Below, in pieces: positions 1 to 8,364 of a DNA stretch of 32,000 nucleotides (position 1 is its first letter; the number at the start of each line of letters is the position of its first letter). The position numbers were made by a program, and so were the translations under genes. Origin of the DNA: Candidatus Electronema halotolerans. Its GTDB lineage: Bacteria; Desulfobacterota; Desulfobulbia; Desulfobulbales; Desulfobulbaceae. The notes beneath the pieces were generated by a model that searched no databases, was not told the origin of the DNA, and saw only the letters and a program-made list of their open reading frames with translations. Location of the stretch: positions 1,500,001 through 1,532,000 of the forward strand of contig OW818675.1 in assembly GCA_942493095.1 (NCBI GenBank), given 5' to 3'.

Positions 1-389
1 TGACGGTAGTCTGGCCAGAAGCCGGAATGCCGGATCCAGCGGCCCATGAAAAAGTTGCGCCGGGGAATATAGTAGGCATCCGCCGGGCGGGGCTGGGCAA
101 TGGCCGCCAAAATTTCATCCCGTGCTTCCGGGGTGCAGCGCTCGTCGGCATCCAAGGAGAAAATCCAGTCGTATGCGCAGGCGGCCATGGCCTGATTGCG
201 CAGGTCGCCAAAGCCTTTGAAGTCAAGCTGCACCACCCGTGCGCCCAGCGCGGCGGCCATTTCCGCTGTGCCGTCGGTGCTGAAGGAATCAGCTACAACA
301 ATTTCATCCGCCCAGAGCACAGAATTGACTGCGGCCTGAATCTTGTCCGCCTCGTTCCACGCTATAATGTATGCGGAAATTCTGCTCAT
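1..389 (-). CDS. Glycosyltransferase family 2, N-terminal part; the 3' end runs off the window
   Basis: My own reverse-complement translation from the ATG at 389..387 gives MSRISAYIIAWNEADKIQAAVNSVLWADEIVVADSFSTDGTAEMAAALGARVVQLDFKGFGDLRNQAMAACAYDWIFSLDADERCTPEARDEI... This shows the typical GT2 (GT-A fold) N-terminus, with DxS.DGT and the DAD(E) acidic motif. The gene is absent from the ORF track because no stop codon lies within the window. The plus-strand ORF 27..503 is its antisense shadow. Confidence 0.8.
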   Translation of the reverse strand, partial: MSRISAYIIAWNEADKIQAAVNSVLWADEIVVADSFSTDGTAEMAAALGARVVQLDFKGFGDLRNQAMAACAYDWIFSLDADERCTPEARDEILAAIAQPRPADAYYIPRRNFFMGRWIRHSGFWPDYR

Positions 390-2650
390 CGCAGCGGCCT
401 TGGCCCAGGAGGAGCTGGCCGTCTGGCCGCGCCGCCGCCTGCCAGCTGGATGACAATGTTGTCTGTCTTGCGCAGCCGCTTGGCCAGCGTCTTGAAAAGA
501 TGATTGGATATCTCTGGATATTTTTCCAGCAATTCCTTCAGCTTGTCGCCAGGGTACTTTTTCACCTTGCTCCGGCCCACTGAAATGACTGAGGCGTAGC
601 GGGGTTCTTGGAGCATGCAGGCCATTTCACCAAAATATTCGCCTGGCTCGGTAATTTCTGCGATTTTTTTGCCCTGCTTGAGCACTGCCACCTTACCGCG
701 CACCAATTTGTAGAAATTGCGGTCGTCCTGATTGCCCTCCTGAATGATGATATCACCATCCTCATATTCCTCCACCGGCGGACTGACGAGATAGGGCGGC
801 AGGGTGTCCTGATGGACAACTGTGCTGCCCTCCACCTCATCAAGACTGGTGACTCCCTGAACAGCCTTCAGAATTGCCGCTTGACGCAGGGTGTACATGC
901 CTGACTGCACGGCGACCTTGCGAAGCTGCTCCTCAGAAACCTGCGCTTGGATGGCTTGCGCAACCTCGGTGGTGACTTCCAGCAGCTCAAAAAAGCCGAC
1001 CCGGCCCTTGTAGCCACGCCCGCTGCAGACCGAACAGCCCTTGGGGCCGTAGAGCTGAAAGCCTTCCTTGTCAATTTGCTCCTCACTGAAACCGATCTCC
1101 AGCAGCCTTTTCCGTTCGACTGTAATCGGCTGCTTGCACTTGGCGCAGAGCCTGCGGCCCAGACGCTGGGCCAGAACCATAGTCAGCGAACCTGCCAGAA
1201 TATACGGAGGAATGCCGATGTCAACCATGCGGCTGACTGTGGCCACTGCGTCGTTGGTGTGCAGGGTGCTGAAGACCAGATGGCCGGTCATGGCCGCTTT
1301 CATGGCAATCTCAGCCGTGCTGATGTCGCGGATCTCGCCGACCATGATGATGTCCGGGTCCTGCCGGAGAAAGGCCTTCAGGGCGGCAGGAAAGGTCATG
1401 CCGACCTCAACGTTGACGTTGACCTGATTGATGCCCTTGAAGTTGAATTCAACCGGGTCCTCGGCAGTGAGGATTTTTATGTCCTCGCTGTTCAAGGAGT
1501 TGAGTGCCGAATACAAGGTGACTGTCTTGCCGGAGCCGGTCGGGCCGGTGACCAAAAGCAGCCCTTGAGGCCGTTCAAGACAGCGTCTGAGGGCGGCAAA
1601 GGTTTCTTCCTCAAAACCGAGCTTGGTCAGGTTGACGTTGAGCGAGCCTTTGTCCAAAATACGGAGGACAATGCCTTCGCCGTGCAGGAGCGGCAAGGTG
1701 GAGACACGAAAGTCAACCGCCTTGTTGCGGCCCATGCGGATGCTGATGCGGCCATCCTGCGGCACCCGCCGCTCAGTGATGTTCAGCCCGGCAAGAATCT
1801 TCATGCGGGCTGAGAGAGCGTTTTTGATGGTCAACGGCAGGTTCATGGCCTTGTACAAGGAACCGTCCTTGCGGTAGCGGACCTGCATGGTCTTTTCAAA
1901 CGGCTCAATATGAATATCGCTGACCCCTTCCTGCACGGCCTTGACCAAGATGCCGTTCACCAATTTGATGATCGGCGCGTCATTGGCTGAGAACTGACCA
2001 GTCTTGTCATCCTCTTCTCCGCTTGTGTCCTCGAACTCAAAGTCCTCGGCCGCGTCGTTCACCAGCGCGCCCCAGTCCTCAACCTGCTCAACCTGATCGA
2101 CCTGCTCATCCTCTTTCAGGCCAAAGAACGCTTTATACTCTTCCTCATCAATTTTGTAATAGGTGCGGTAGGCATCAACGATGTTTCGGGTTGTGGAAAC
2201 GCAGACATTCAATCCCATGTTGAGGGAGTTCTGTATCTCCTCAACCTCCATGGCATCGGTCGGCTCGGCCATGGTGATCTGGAGGGTGTCGCCCGCAACC
2301 CGGAGAGGAAAGGCCAAATACTTCTTGGCCATTTCGTAGGGCATCAGCTTGATGGCATCAGGACTCGGCGCTTCCTCGACGATATCGACCATGTTGTAGC
2401 CGTGCTGCCTGCTGAGGAAGTTGGCTATCGTATCTTCTTCAATAATGCCGCTTTCAAGCAGCAGCTTGCTCAACCGCTCGTTGGATTTTTTCTGGATGGC
2501 CTGAGCATTGGTGAACTCGGCAGAAGTGATATAGCCAGCCTTCTGAAGCAGCTCGCCAATTTTGAGTCTGCCTGCCCCGGACTGATCTTTGACAGTTCGT
2601 CTCAGCGCCGCCTTTTGCTCTGTTTTTTTTGCCGCAGATGATTTATCCAT
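386..2650 (-). CDS. Type II secretion / type IV pilus assembly ATPase (GspE/PilB/MshE family) with an N-terminal MshEN-like domain and an extra C-terminal cyclic-nucleotide-binding domain
   Basis: 754-aa ORF. It has a Walker A motif GPTGSGKT and conserved secretion-ATPase boxes (VGEIRD, TGHLVFSTLHTND). A tetracysteine zinc motif is present (CAKCKQP...CSVCSGRGYKGR). The N-terminus carries tandem T2SSE_N-type helices (LKIGELLQKAGYITSAEFTNAQAIQ and RLSKLLLESGIIEEDTIANFLSRQ). The C-terminal roughly 120 aa is a cNMP-binding fold (YEDGDIIIQEGNQDD...GEYFGEMACMLQEPRYASVIS). The stop TGA at 388..386 overlaps the ATG of the downstream GT2 gene (ATGA). Confidence 0.9.
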   Translation of the reverse strand: MDKSSAAKKTEQKAALRRTVKDQSGAGRLKIGELLQKAGYITSAEFTNAQAIQKKSNERLSKLLLESGIIEEDTIANFLSRQHGYNMVDIVEEAPSPDAIKLMPYEMAKKYLAFPLRVAGDTLQITMAEPTDAMEVEEIQNSLNMGLNVCVSTTRNIVDAYRTYYKIDEEEYKAFFGLKEDEQVDQVEQVEDWGALVNDAAEDFEFEDTSGEEDDKTGQFSANDAPIIKLVNGILVKAVQEGVSDIHIEPFEKTMQVRYRKDGSLYKAMNLPLTIKNALSARMKILAGLNITERRVPQDGRISIRMGRNKAVDFRVSTLPLLHGEGIVLRILDKGSLNVNLTKLGFEEETFAALRRCLERPQGLLLVTGPTGSGKTVTLYSALNSLNSEDIKILTAEDPVEFNFKGINQVNVNVEVGMTFPAALKAFLRQDPDIIMVGEIRDISTAEIAMKAAMTGHLVFSTLHTNDAVATVSRMVDIGIPPYILAGSLTMVLAQRLGRRLCAKCKQPITVERKRLLEIGFSEEQIDKEGFQLYGPKGCSVCSGRGYKGRVGFFELLEVTTEVAQAIQAQVSEEQLRKVAVQSGMYTLRQAAILKAVQGVTSLDEVEGSTVVHQDTLPPYLVSPPVEEYEDGDIIIQEGNQDDRNFYKLVRGKVAVLKQGKKIAEITEPGEYFGEMACMLQEPRYASVISVGRSKVKKYPGDKLKELLEKYPEISNHLFKTLAKRLRKTDNIVIQLAGGGAARRPAPPGPRPLR

Positions 2651-2831
2651 AGTGCAGATATTCCGGCTGACAATGCGTTTCAGTTCACTTTTAAGGTATC
2701 CTTTTCTATCTTACCCCAAAACAAAATCGGCCAAAAGGGATTTCTTTTTCTCTCTGATTCCGAGGCTGAAACAGACGACCGCCGGACACAGCGCAGCGGT
2801 TCGGCAGGCGGGAGGGCAAGCAAATCTTATT

Positions 2832-3764
2832 TTATTCAAAAAAGTTGCGGAATCGCTGTTTGCATTCCTCATGCAGGGGAATCATCACCTCGCGCATGGA
2901 CGGCTCCGCCGCCTTGGAGCAGCGCAGTTTGAAGATATGCCGCCATTCCTCCAAGTTGGCATAAACGATGATTTCGGTTTTGCAGGAATTGGGCAGCACG
3001 GTGCGGGCGGCCTGCGGCGTGGAGGTCTCCAACAGTTTGAAATATCGCTGTTCCTCATCAAGCATGGCCTGCTTCCAGACAGCATATTCCTCACTTTCTT
3101 GGGCAAAAAACAGCGGCTTGATAAACGTTATTTCGTTGCCGAACTTGTCTTCACTGTAGCGGCAATAGCGCTGTGATTCCTGAATAAATCCGCATGGGCG
3201 GTGCCTGACAATCTCATGCGTGACAGCGCGATTGACAATGAACTTCACCGCAAGATGCCGGTGCTTTGCCAATTTTTGCCCAGAGAATTGGTCGATTTCC
3301 GCCAGCGGCACCTTGCGCACAGTGATACCGGGAACAGCGGTCAGCCCTTTTTCCGCAAGAATATCCCGAAAAAAATAAGGATGCCGCTCACTGAGCAAAG
3401 CGCAGGCCGCTCTGATCACAGCGCAGTCTGGATGCACGAGAAGCATTTCCCGAAAAGCGCGGATGCTGCCAGTGATCAGCAGGCTGCGGCCTTCATGGCT
3501 GATGTGCAGGTATTTGGGCTGGCAAAGAAAAAACTCGGCAATGGCACTTTCATCAGTGCAGTTTATTTCCAGCGTGACCACACCCATTTCCAGCACTGAA
3601 TTGTGGCCATGCCCGGCCATTTTTTCGACAAAAGGAATGGCTGATTCTTGGGTTATCCGATCTTCGCTCTTGTAGCAGACACGCCCGCAGAACTCAATGC
3701 GGACAGCAAGGGGCTGCTGGTCGAGATGTTCAAGAATTTCAAAGGATGGGGAGATGACTTTCAT
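2832..3764 (-). CDS. thyX: FAD-dependent thymidylate synthase ThyX
   Basis: 310-aa ORF carrying the ThyX signature RHR-x7-S-x-R (RHRPCGFIQESQRY). The upstream conserved GHGHNSVLEMG block is also present, together with the C-terminal WRHIFKLRCSKAAEPSMREV block. Confidence 0.85.
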   Translation of the reverse strand: MKVISPSFEILEHLDQQPLAVRIEFCGRVCYKSEDRITQESAIPFVEKMAGHGHNSVLEMGVVTLEINCTDESAIAEFFLCQPKYLHISHEGRSLLITGSIRAFREMLLVHPDCAVIRAACALLSERHPYFFRDILAEKGLTAVPGITVRKVPLAEIDQFSGQKLAKHRHLAVKFIVNRAVTHEIVRHRPCGFIQESQRYCRYSEDKFGNEITFIKPLFFAQESEEYAVWKQAMLDEEQRYFKLLETSTPQAARTVLPNSCKTEIIVYANLEEWRHIFKLRCSKAAEPSMREVMIPLHEECKQRFRNFFE

Positions 3765-3776
3765 TGTTCAGATTCC

Positions 3777-3810
3777 AAATAAAAAATGCTGACAGGAAAA
3801 TCCTGTCAGC
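3777..3810 (-). terminator. Rho-independent terminator downstream of the 556-aa repeat-protein gene
   Basis: On the minus strand the stem is GCTGACAGG (3810..3802), the loop is 5 nt, and the return stem is CCTGTCAGC (3796..3788). It is followed directly by ATTTTTTATTT. The element lies between the stop at 3839 and the thyX ATG at 3764. Confidence 0.6.
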
Positions 3811-3838
3811 ATGGATACGCTGTTTAGCTGCGCAGAAC

Positions 3839-5509
3839 TCAGGGGTTTTCTGGTTGCGGTCTTGATTTCAGGAGCAACAGTTTATAGACTGGAATAAGGG
3901 AATTCGACGGTTCAAGAACTGCATCAACAGTGGTATCACCTGCTTGCACTTCAGTCGCCTGATCAAAATTAGGTTGATCATCGTACCATTCAGATGTTCC
4001 ATAGCCCGAACCATTTGCAGTCGTCTTTCTAAAGAATCTCACCTTGAACGTACCGCCAGCGGGCAGACCTGTAACTTCATATATGCCGTCTGTTCCAGTC
4101 GTTGCAGTTCCTCTCAGTAGAGATGAATCCGCACTGTCATAGACTGCAACCAAGCCGCCTTCCAAAGGCACAGGGTCGCTGTCGCCATCTTTGATTGTTA
4201 CTGTGCCGGAAATACTGACACCAAGATCGAGTTCAGCGTCTTTTCCTGTCAGAGCATCACCTAATGATGTAATATCTACAGCGTCAGCACTGCTCTCTTT
4301 ATACCATTCACTGCTGTAACCGGTTCCGTCAGCTTGAAAATAGAGTGTGTAACTGTCTCGCTGCAAGCCAACAACAGTATATGCTCCATCTGTTCCTGTT
4401 GCAGGAGAAGTTGCGGCCAGACTGCCGCTGCTGTCATAAGCTTTGACAATTACGCCTGCAATTCCTTCTCCTGCGCTGTCTGTCACTGTGCCAGAGATAC
4501 TTGCGCCGTTGAAAACAGCATCAACATCTGTCTGACCAATAGAAACTGAATCGGCAGTGGCAGCATCAGATTTGTCATTATACCATTTATTGACTCCTGC
4601 TCCGGCATTAGTGGCTGCTTTTTTCTCAAAGAATTGCACTTTGTAACTTCCTGATGCAGAAAGGCCGCCAACAGTGTAGGAGCCATCCGTTCCTGTTGCT
4701 GTATATCCTTTCAGAGTATTATCGGCGGTATCATATACATTGATCCATGCTCCAGAAATACCGGCTCCAGTTTCGCTGATAGTTACTTTGCCAGAAATAC
4801 TACCACCAGTAGAGAGTATAGCATCAATACCGACTTTTGTCTCTCCTGCTGTAACAGTTAAAACTGTAGCATCACCTTCATCAGCTACGTCATCATACCA
4901 TTCAGTACCATAATTAGTCCCGAAAGCTCTAAAACGCACTTTATAGCTTCCAGCCCTTAAACCGCTTATGGAATAGGCTCCAGAACTGTTTGTAGTGTCT
5001 GATAGAAAATTATTTTCGTCATTCAAGTCAATAACTTGCACGGTAACGCCTTCGATTCCTTTGCCGCTGCTCTGATCTGTTACTGTGCCTTTAATGACAG
5101 CACCTGAAACAAGCACGGTTTCTCCTAAATCCTGCGTAGCCTGCCCTGATGTCAAAGAGACAATATCTGCTTCAGTAAAAGTTGCTCTGTTGTTATACCA
5201 TTGATCAATACAATCAAGTTCAGAAGCAGCACAAGCAAAGATTATTCTGTAATTCCCGAACTGCAATCCTGATATTGTATAGGAACCATCAGCACCTGTT
5301 TTTTCTGCCTTGAAAACAGAGTTCTGGTCAGATAGAGATACTCCAACCAGAAAATTTGGAACAGGATCATTGCCATCAAGCACTTTGCCAGTTATAGAAC
5401 CAGTTGTCTGAGCTTCCGCTGCTGGTGGCAGGCAGCACAGTCCAGAGAAGGAAAGCAGGGGCAGCAGAATGGTCAGAAACCGCAGCCAACGGTTATTATT
5501 CATGCTCAT
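3839..5509 (-). CDS. Secreted protein with five tandem carboxypeptidase-regulatory-like / Cna-B-like beta-sandwich repeats
   Basis: The start is trimmed from the track ORF (5698) to the ATG at 5509, which is preceded by GGAGATATGCC (an RBS). The N-terminus MSMNNNRWLRFLTILLPLLSFSGLCCLPPAAEA-QTT is a Sec signal peptide with an AxA site. Five repeats follow the pattern ISG(K/T)VT..G.GI.G..V.VYD....T...DG.Y.V.GL..GSYKV.F....EWY(D/N)D. Confidence 0.8.
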   Translation of the reverse strand: MSMNNNRWLRFLTILLPLLSFSGLCCLPPAAEAQTTGSITGKVLDGNDPVPNFLVGVSLSDQNSVFKAEKTGADGSYTISGLQFGNYRIIFACAASELDCIDQWYNNRATFTEADIVSLTSGQATQDLGETVLVSGAVIKGTVTDQSSGKGIEGVTVQVIDLNDENNFLSDTTNSSGAYSISGLRAGSYKVRFRAFGTNYGTEWYDDVADEGDATVLTVTAGETKVGIDAILSTGGSISGKVTISETGAGISGAWINVYDTADNTLKGYTATGTDGSYTVGGLSASGSYKVQFFEKKAATNAGAGVNKWYNDKSDAATADSVSIGQTDVDAVFNGASISGTVTDSAGEGIAGVIVKAYDSSGSLAATSPATGTDGAYTVVGLQRDSYTLYFQADGTGYSSEWYKESSADAVDITSLGDALTGKDAELDLGVSISGTVTIKDGDSDPVPLEGGLVAVYDSADSSLLRGTATTGTDGIYEVTGLPAGGTFKVRFFRKTTANGSGYGTSEWYDDQPNFDQATEVQAGDTTVDAVLEPSNSLIPVYKLLLLKSRPQPENP

Positions 5510-5551
5510 GGCATATCTCCTTGGACAGAAGTTTGTATAAATTCTGCCCAA

Positions 5552-5581
5552 ATTATAAAATGAAATCCTAACAGGTTGCAA
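5552..5581 (-). promoter_or_regulatory. Candidate sigma70-type promoter for the 556-aa repeat-protein gene
   Basis: On the minus strand the -35 element is TTGCAA (5581..5576). An 18-nt spacer separates it from a consensus -10 TATAAT (5557..5552). The promoter lies about 45 nt upstream of the ATG at 5509. Confidence 0.4.
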
Positions 5582-5586
5582 GAGAT

Positions 5587-6087
5587 TTATTCTACTGGCG
5601 GAACAATTATTTTTCCACAGCCACACAGCCACAGATGCAGTCTGCGCAGGGCATGAAAAATCAAGGTATGGCTGACAATCAAGCTGGCCATAAACCACTG
5701 GAACGGTGTGTTTAAACTGATTGGCGGCCCTGTCTCAGGAATGATTCGCCGCACCTGGCCAAGCACGTTGTCAGCAGGCGAAAAGCCGTCAAAACCGGCG
5801 CAGGCATCACCTTTAGTCAACAGATGCAGCCTTCCGTTTTGCAAACGCCGCCAGATCAGGCGGTGGACAAGCGGATTTCCCGTTCGATCATAAAGGAAAA
5901 AAATCTCACCGAGCTGTAGTCTGTTGCCAAGCAGCGGGGCAATCTCAATGACCTCTCCTCCCTTGAGCAGTGGTCGCATGGAATTGCCGGACACCCGGAT
6001 GCGGACAGCAATACCTTGCCGCAACAGCGATTGCACCAAGACTAAGGAACCCGGCTCGCGGATGCCAATGACAGAACGGTTATTCAT
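5587..6087 (-). CDS. S26B (SipW / archaeal-ER type) signal-peptidase-like serine peptidase
   Basis: 166 aa counted from the ATG at 6087; the track ORF uses a TTG at 6093. It has box B VSGNSMRPLLKGGEVIEI, box D LVHRLI and box E TKGDACAGFD...NVLGQV. These parallel the SGSMEP / THRV / TKGDANN boxes of SipW-type Ser-His peptidases. A hydrophobic C-terminal segment FQWFMASLIVSHTLIF is present. The gene starts 6 to 12 nt after the stop of the upstream gene. Confidence 0.7.
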   Translation of the reverse strand: MNNRSVIGIREPGSLVLVQSLLRQGIAVRIRVSGNSMRPLLKGGEVIEIAPLLGNRLQLGEIFFLYDRTGNPLVHRLIWRRLQNGRLHLLTKGDACAGFDGFSPADNVLGQVRRIIPETGPPISLNTPFQWFMASLIVSHTLIFHALRRLHLWLCGCGKIIVPPVE

Positions 6088-6099
6088 CGGCAAGTCTGC

Positions 6100-6984
6100 T
6101 CAAGGCAGTAAAGCGGCCAAATCGGCCACAGCCTGCACAGCGGTTTGATCCGGGCGGAAGGCCAGCTCAAAGGCAGGAATATCAAGGAGAAGCGACTCGC
6201 AGACGGCAAGTCCTTTGTCTGTCCATTCCTGACTGTACCAAGGAATGGAGACCGTCTCCAGCAGACGGCGGAGAGCGGCGGAGGGTGCCAGTTCAGAAAT
6301 TTTTGTCTGCGAGGCTTGGCTGAGAAAGACCAAAGCCGAAAGCGGCGCGGACTCGTTGCGGGCGATCACACCAGTTCCTTTCCACGGAGTGCCCCAGAGC
6401 TGCCAGCCGTCATTCATTCGGCGCATGATGATCCGCTCTTCGCTGTAGAGCTGATTTTCTGGAAAAGGTAGCAGCAAATGACTGAGAGTGGATTTGCCCG
6501 TGCCGGAAACAGCCGGAAAAACCATGCCCTTGCCGTGAATGGAGCCGCCTGCGGCATGGATGATCAAGCCGTGATGATTTATGAAGGTGTGCTGAAGGAA
6601 AAAGCGGTTAAATGCAAGACGATAACAATCATTTTTTTTCTCGTCATGCGGAGAAAGAAAAAATTCAAAAATAGAAAATTCAGAATCAACAGCGAGATGC
6701 CATAAAATATCTGCTTTTCCATCCTTCAAATACTGCAATTCAAGTCCGCCGTTCGCTGCGGCGTAAAGATTTATCTGATGTTGTGAATATATTTTATTTT
6801 TGGCAGCTTTTTCAGCATCATACTGTCTGGATAACTTGAAGTCAATCTGAATTTTCGCCTGAATATACTTCCCGCTATGGTTTTGGTCCAAGAAAGAATC
6901 GTATTCTTTTCCTTCTTCTTTCAGATTGCAATAAGAACCAGCAGAAATCTGAACAGGCAAGCCGCCAAGACTATATGAGAGCAT
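6100..6984 (-). CDS. HPr kinase/phosphorylase-like P-loop protein (putative peptide Ser/Thr kinase)
   Basis: 294-aa ORF. The segment HAAGGSIHGKGMVFPAVSGTGKSTLSHLL matches the HprK C-terminal catalytic domain pattern (HG..v...g.G.l..G.SG.GKS). The size and context resemble the HprK-like kinases encoded in some lasso-peptide and PqqD-associated clusters. Confidence 0.75.
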   Translation of the reverse strand: MLSYSLGGLPVQISAGSYCNLKEEGKEYDSFLDQNHSGKYIQAKIQIDFKLSRQYDAEKAAKNKIYSQHQINLYAAANGGLELQYLKDGKADILWHLAVDSEFSIFEFFLSPHDEKKNDCYRLAFNRFFLQHTFINHHGLIIHAAGGSIHGKGMVFPAVSGTGKSTLSHLLLPFPENQLYSEERIIMRRMNDGWQLWGTPWKGTGVIARNESAPLSALVFLSQASQTKISELAPSAALRRLLETVSIPWYSQEWTDKGLAVCESLLLDIPAFELAFRPDQTAVQAVADLAALLP

Positions 6985-7002
6985 GAAAATACTCTCTATA
7001 AC

Positions 7003-7179
7003 TTATCCAGATTGACCACTAACTTCACCACATCCACCTGCTCCTATAGCCCATCTGCAAACCTCTAACACTTGGTCAGCAAACAACTCCACCTTGCCCA
7101 AGAGCGGTTTTTCATACGGCATTTTTTCCTGCCTGTCTGTTTGGCGACACTGTTCCAACATTTCGTATTTTTTCATCAT
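7003..7179 (-). CDS. Small ORF A2, 58 aa: candidate RiPP precursor peptide (not in the ORF track)
   Basis: Hand translation gives MMKKYEMLEQCRQTDRQEKMPYEKPLLGKVELFADQVLEVCRWAIGAGGCGEVSGQSG, with stop TAA at 7005..7003. An RBS GGAGAG lies 5 nt upstream, and the ORF starts 11 nt after the rSAM stop. It shares the block YEKPxLGKVxLFADxVLxxC with ORF A1, and many of the shared residues use different synonymous codons. Confidence 0.7.
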   Translation of the reverse strand: MMKKYEMLEQCRQTDRQEKMPYEKPLLGKVELFADQVLEVCRWAIGAGGCGEVSGQSG

Positions 7180-7190
7180 TCACTCTCCAA

Positions 7191-8339
7191 TCAAAAAGAT
7201 GGTATTTGGGCCAGCTCAGTTCGACGGCTGACAGCATACTGACAATAAAAATCAGGCACCTGCTGCGCATCATCTGTTTCCAAAGCAAAATTGCTTGGGC
7301 ATCCTGTGCAGACATTTCTGTCGTCGCAGTTATTGCAAGGAAAACCGTCCCGCGCCTCCTGCTCTGGAAAAGTTCCGTTGATGCTCTTCCATGCCGCCTG
7401 AAATGTCTGACTGGCATCCTGCAAATCAATTGCAGAACGGAGCGTGATCAGACAGGGCTGCATCACTCCATAGGGCGTGATATGACAGGATGACCTGCCT
7501 GCGCCGCAACGGTAGAGTTTATTTGATGGCTCTGCTGAAGCCGCTTCAGCAATCTGCTCCTGCAACTTTTCCCGCACCTTGGCAATGCTCAGATCAGCAT
7601 CTGCCGCCTGCTCAGGGGCCAGTCGGAAACGGAGTGTGTCCTGCAAGCTGTCCCCAACATTGCTGCGTCCGCCGTTGTCGCCGTTGGGCAGAGCTGGGAT
7701 AATCGAACAGTCATGCCGGAACTGCACTCCCATCTCCTCCGCCTTATGCCAAAGCTGCGGCAGTTCATCCCGGTTCAAGGTCAGTGCCATTGTTTTCAGG
7801 CGGAGCCGCACCTTGGCCTGCCGGAGCTTCTCAACCCCTCTCATGCAAGCGGCATAAGAACCGGGAGCCTGCGTCACCGCCTCAAAGGTTTCCTGACTTG
7901 CACCGTACAACGTCACTTCGACGGCTCGTGGCGGATAGGTGACAAAAGTGCTGACAATTTCATCTGTGATCAGCGAGCCATTGCAGAAGACCGTCACCAA
8001 AAGACCTCTGCGCACCGCATGACGGTAGATGTCGAGAAAATCAGGTCGGAGCATTGGGTCTCCGCCAGTCAGGGTCAAAAACAAAGTTCCTGCCGCCATC
8101 ATCTCATCAAGCAGCCTGATGACCGCTGCTGCATCCAATTCCTGCGGCTGATGACCACGTATGCTTTTTTGATCGCCGAGATAGCAGTGAACACAACGAA
8201 AATTGCATCGTCGGGTCAGCTCCAAAGAAACAGCAAATGATACATGAGCTTGCCCTGCTTTGACAAGATAACTGGATATATCATTGCTTTCCGCTGCAAG
8301 ACAATCCGTTTCTTTTTGAACTACCCGATGGCCTTTCAA
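7191..8339 (-). CDS. Radical SAM / SPASM-domain peptide-modifying enzyme
   Basis: 382-aa ORF with the Cx3Cx2C motif CNFRCVHCY about 45 aa from the N-terminus. A GGDP SAM-binding motif is present (LTLTGGDPMLRPDF). The C-terminal Cys-rich SPASM region reads YRCGAGRSSCHITPYGVMQPC...FPCNNCDDRNVCTGCPSN...YCQ. The start is a TTG at 8339, preceded by AAGGAAG. No in-frame ATG occurs before the SAM cluster motif. Confidence 0.9.
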   Translation of the reverse strand: MKGHRVVQKETDCLAAESNDISSYLVKAGQAHVSFAVSLELTRRCNFRCVHCYLGDQKSIRGHQPQELDAAAVIRLLDEMMAAGTLFLTLTGGDPMLRPDFLDIYRHAVRRGLLVTVFCNGSLITDEIVSTFVTYPPRAVEVTLYGASQETFEAVTQAPGSYAACMRGVEKLRQAKVRLRLKTMALTLNRDELPQLWHKAEEMGVQFRHDCSIIPALPNGDNGGRSNVGDSLQDTLRFRLAPEQAADADLSIAKVREKLQEQIAEAASAEPSNKLYRCGAGRSSCHITPYGVMQPCLITLRSAIDLQDASQTFQAAWKSINGTFPEQEARDGFPCNNCDDRNVCTGCPSNFALETDDAQQVPDFYCQYAVSRRTELAQIPSF

Positions 8340-8364
8340 AAAACTTCCTTATGCTATTAAGTTA

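Noticed and set aside
27-583. Plus-strand ORFs 27..503 and 371..583 at the left edge.
   Set aside because: They are antisense to the GT2 gene and to the 3' end of the ATPase gene. The minus-strand translations have clear family signatures, whereas the plus-strand ones have none.
947-1813. A 288-aa plus-strand ORF inside the ATPase gene.
   Set aside because: It is antisense to the conserved Walker A and B core of the GspE/PilB-type ATPase, and it has no motif content of its own.
3839-3925. The C-terminal tail of the 556-aa protein (LEPSNSLIPVYKLLLLKSRPQPENP) as a PEP-CTERM or other sorting signal.
   Set aside because: The motif is EPS rather than PEP, and the hydrophobic stretch is too short and is interrupted by Lys. 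No exosortase gene is in the window, so the evidence is insufficient.
5510-5698. The N-terminal extension of the repeat-protein ORF as given in the track (start 5698).
   Set aside because: The extension would overlap the S26B peptidase gene by 112 nt and would bury the signal peptide 63 residues inside the protein. The ATG at 5509 has a GGAG RBS and yields a canonical N-terminal signal peptide.
7112-7429. A 105-aa minus-strand ORF overlapping the 3' end of the rSAM gene and the A2 region.
   Set aside because: It is out of frame with both the rSAM gene, which it overlaps by 239 nt, and A2. It has no RBS and an Arg-rich nonsense-like sequence. The A2 frame is supported by its RBS and its paralogy with A1.
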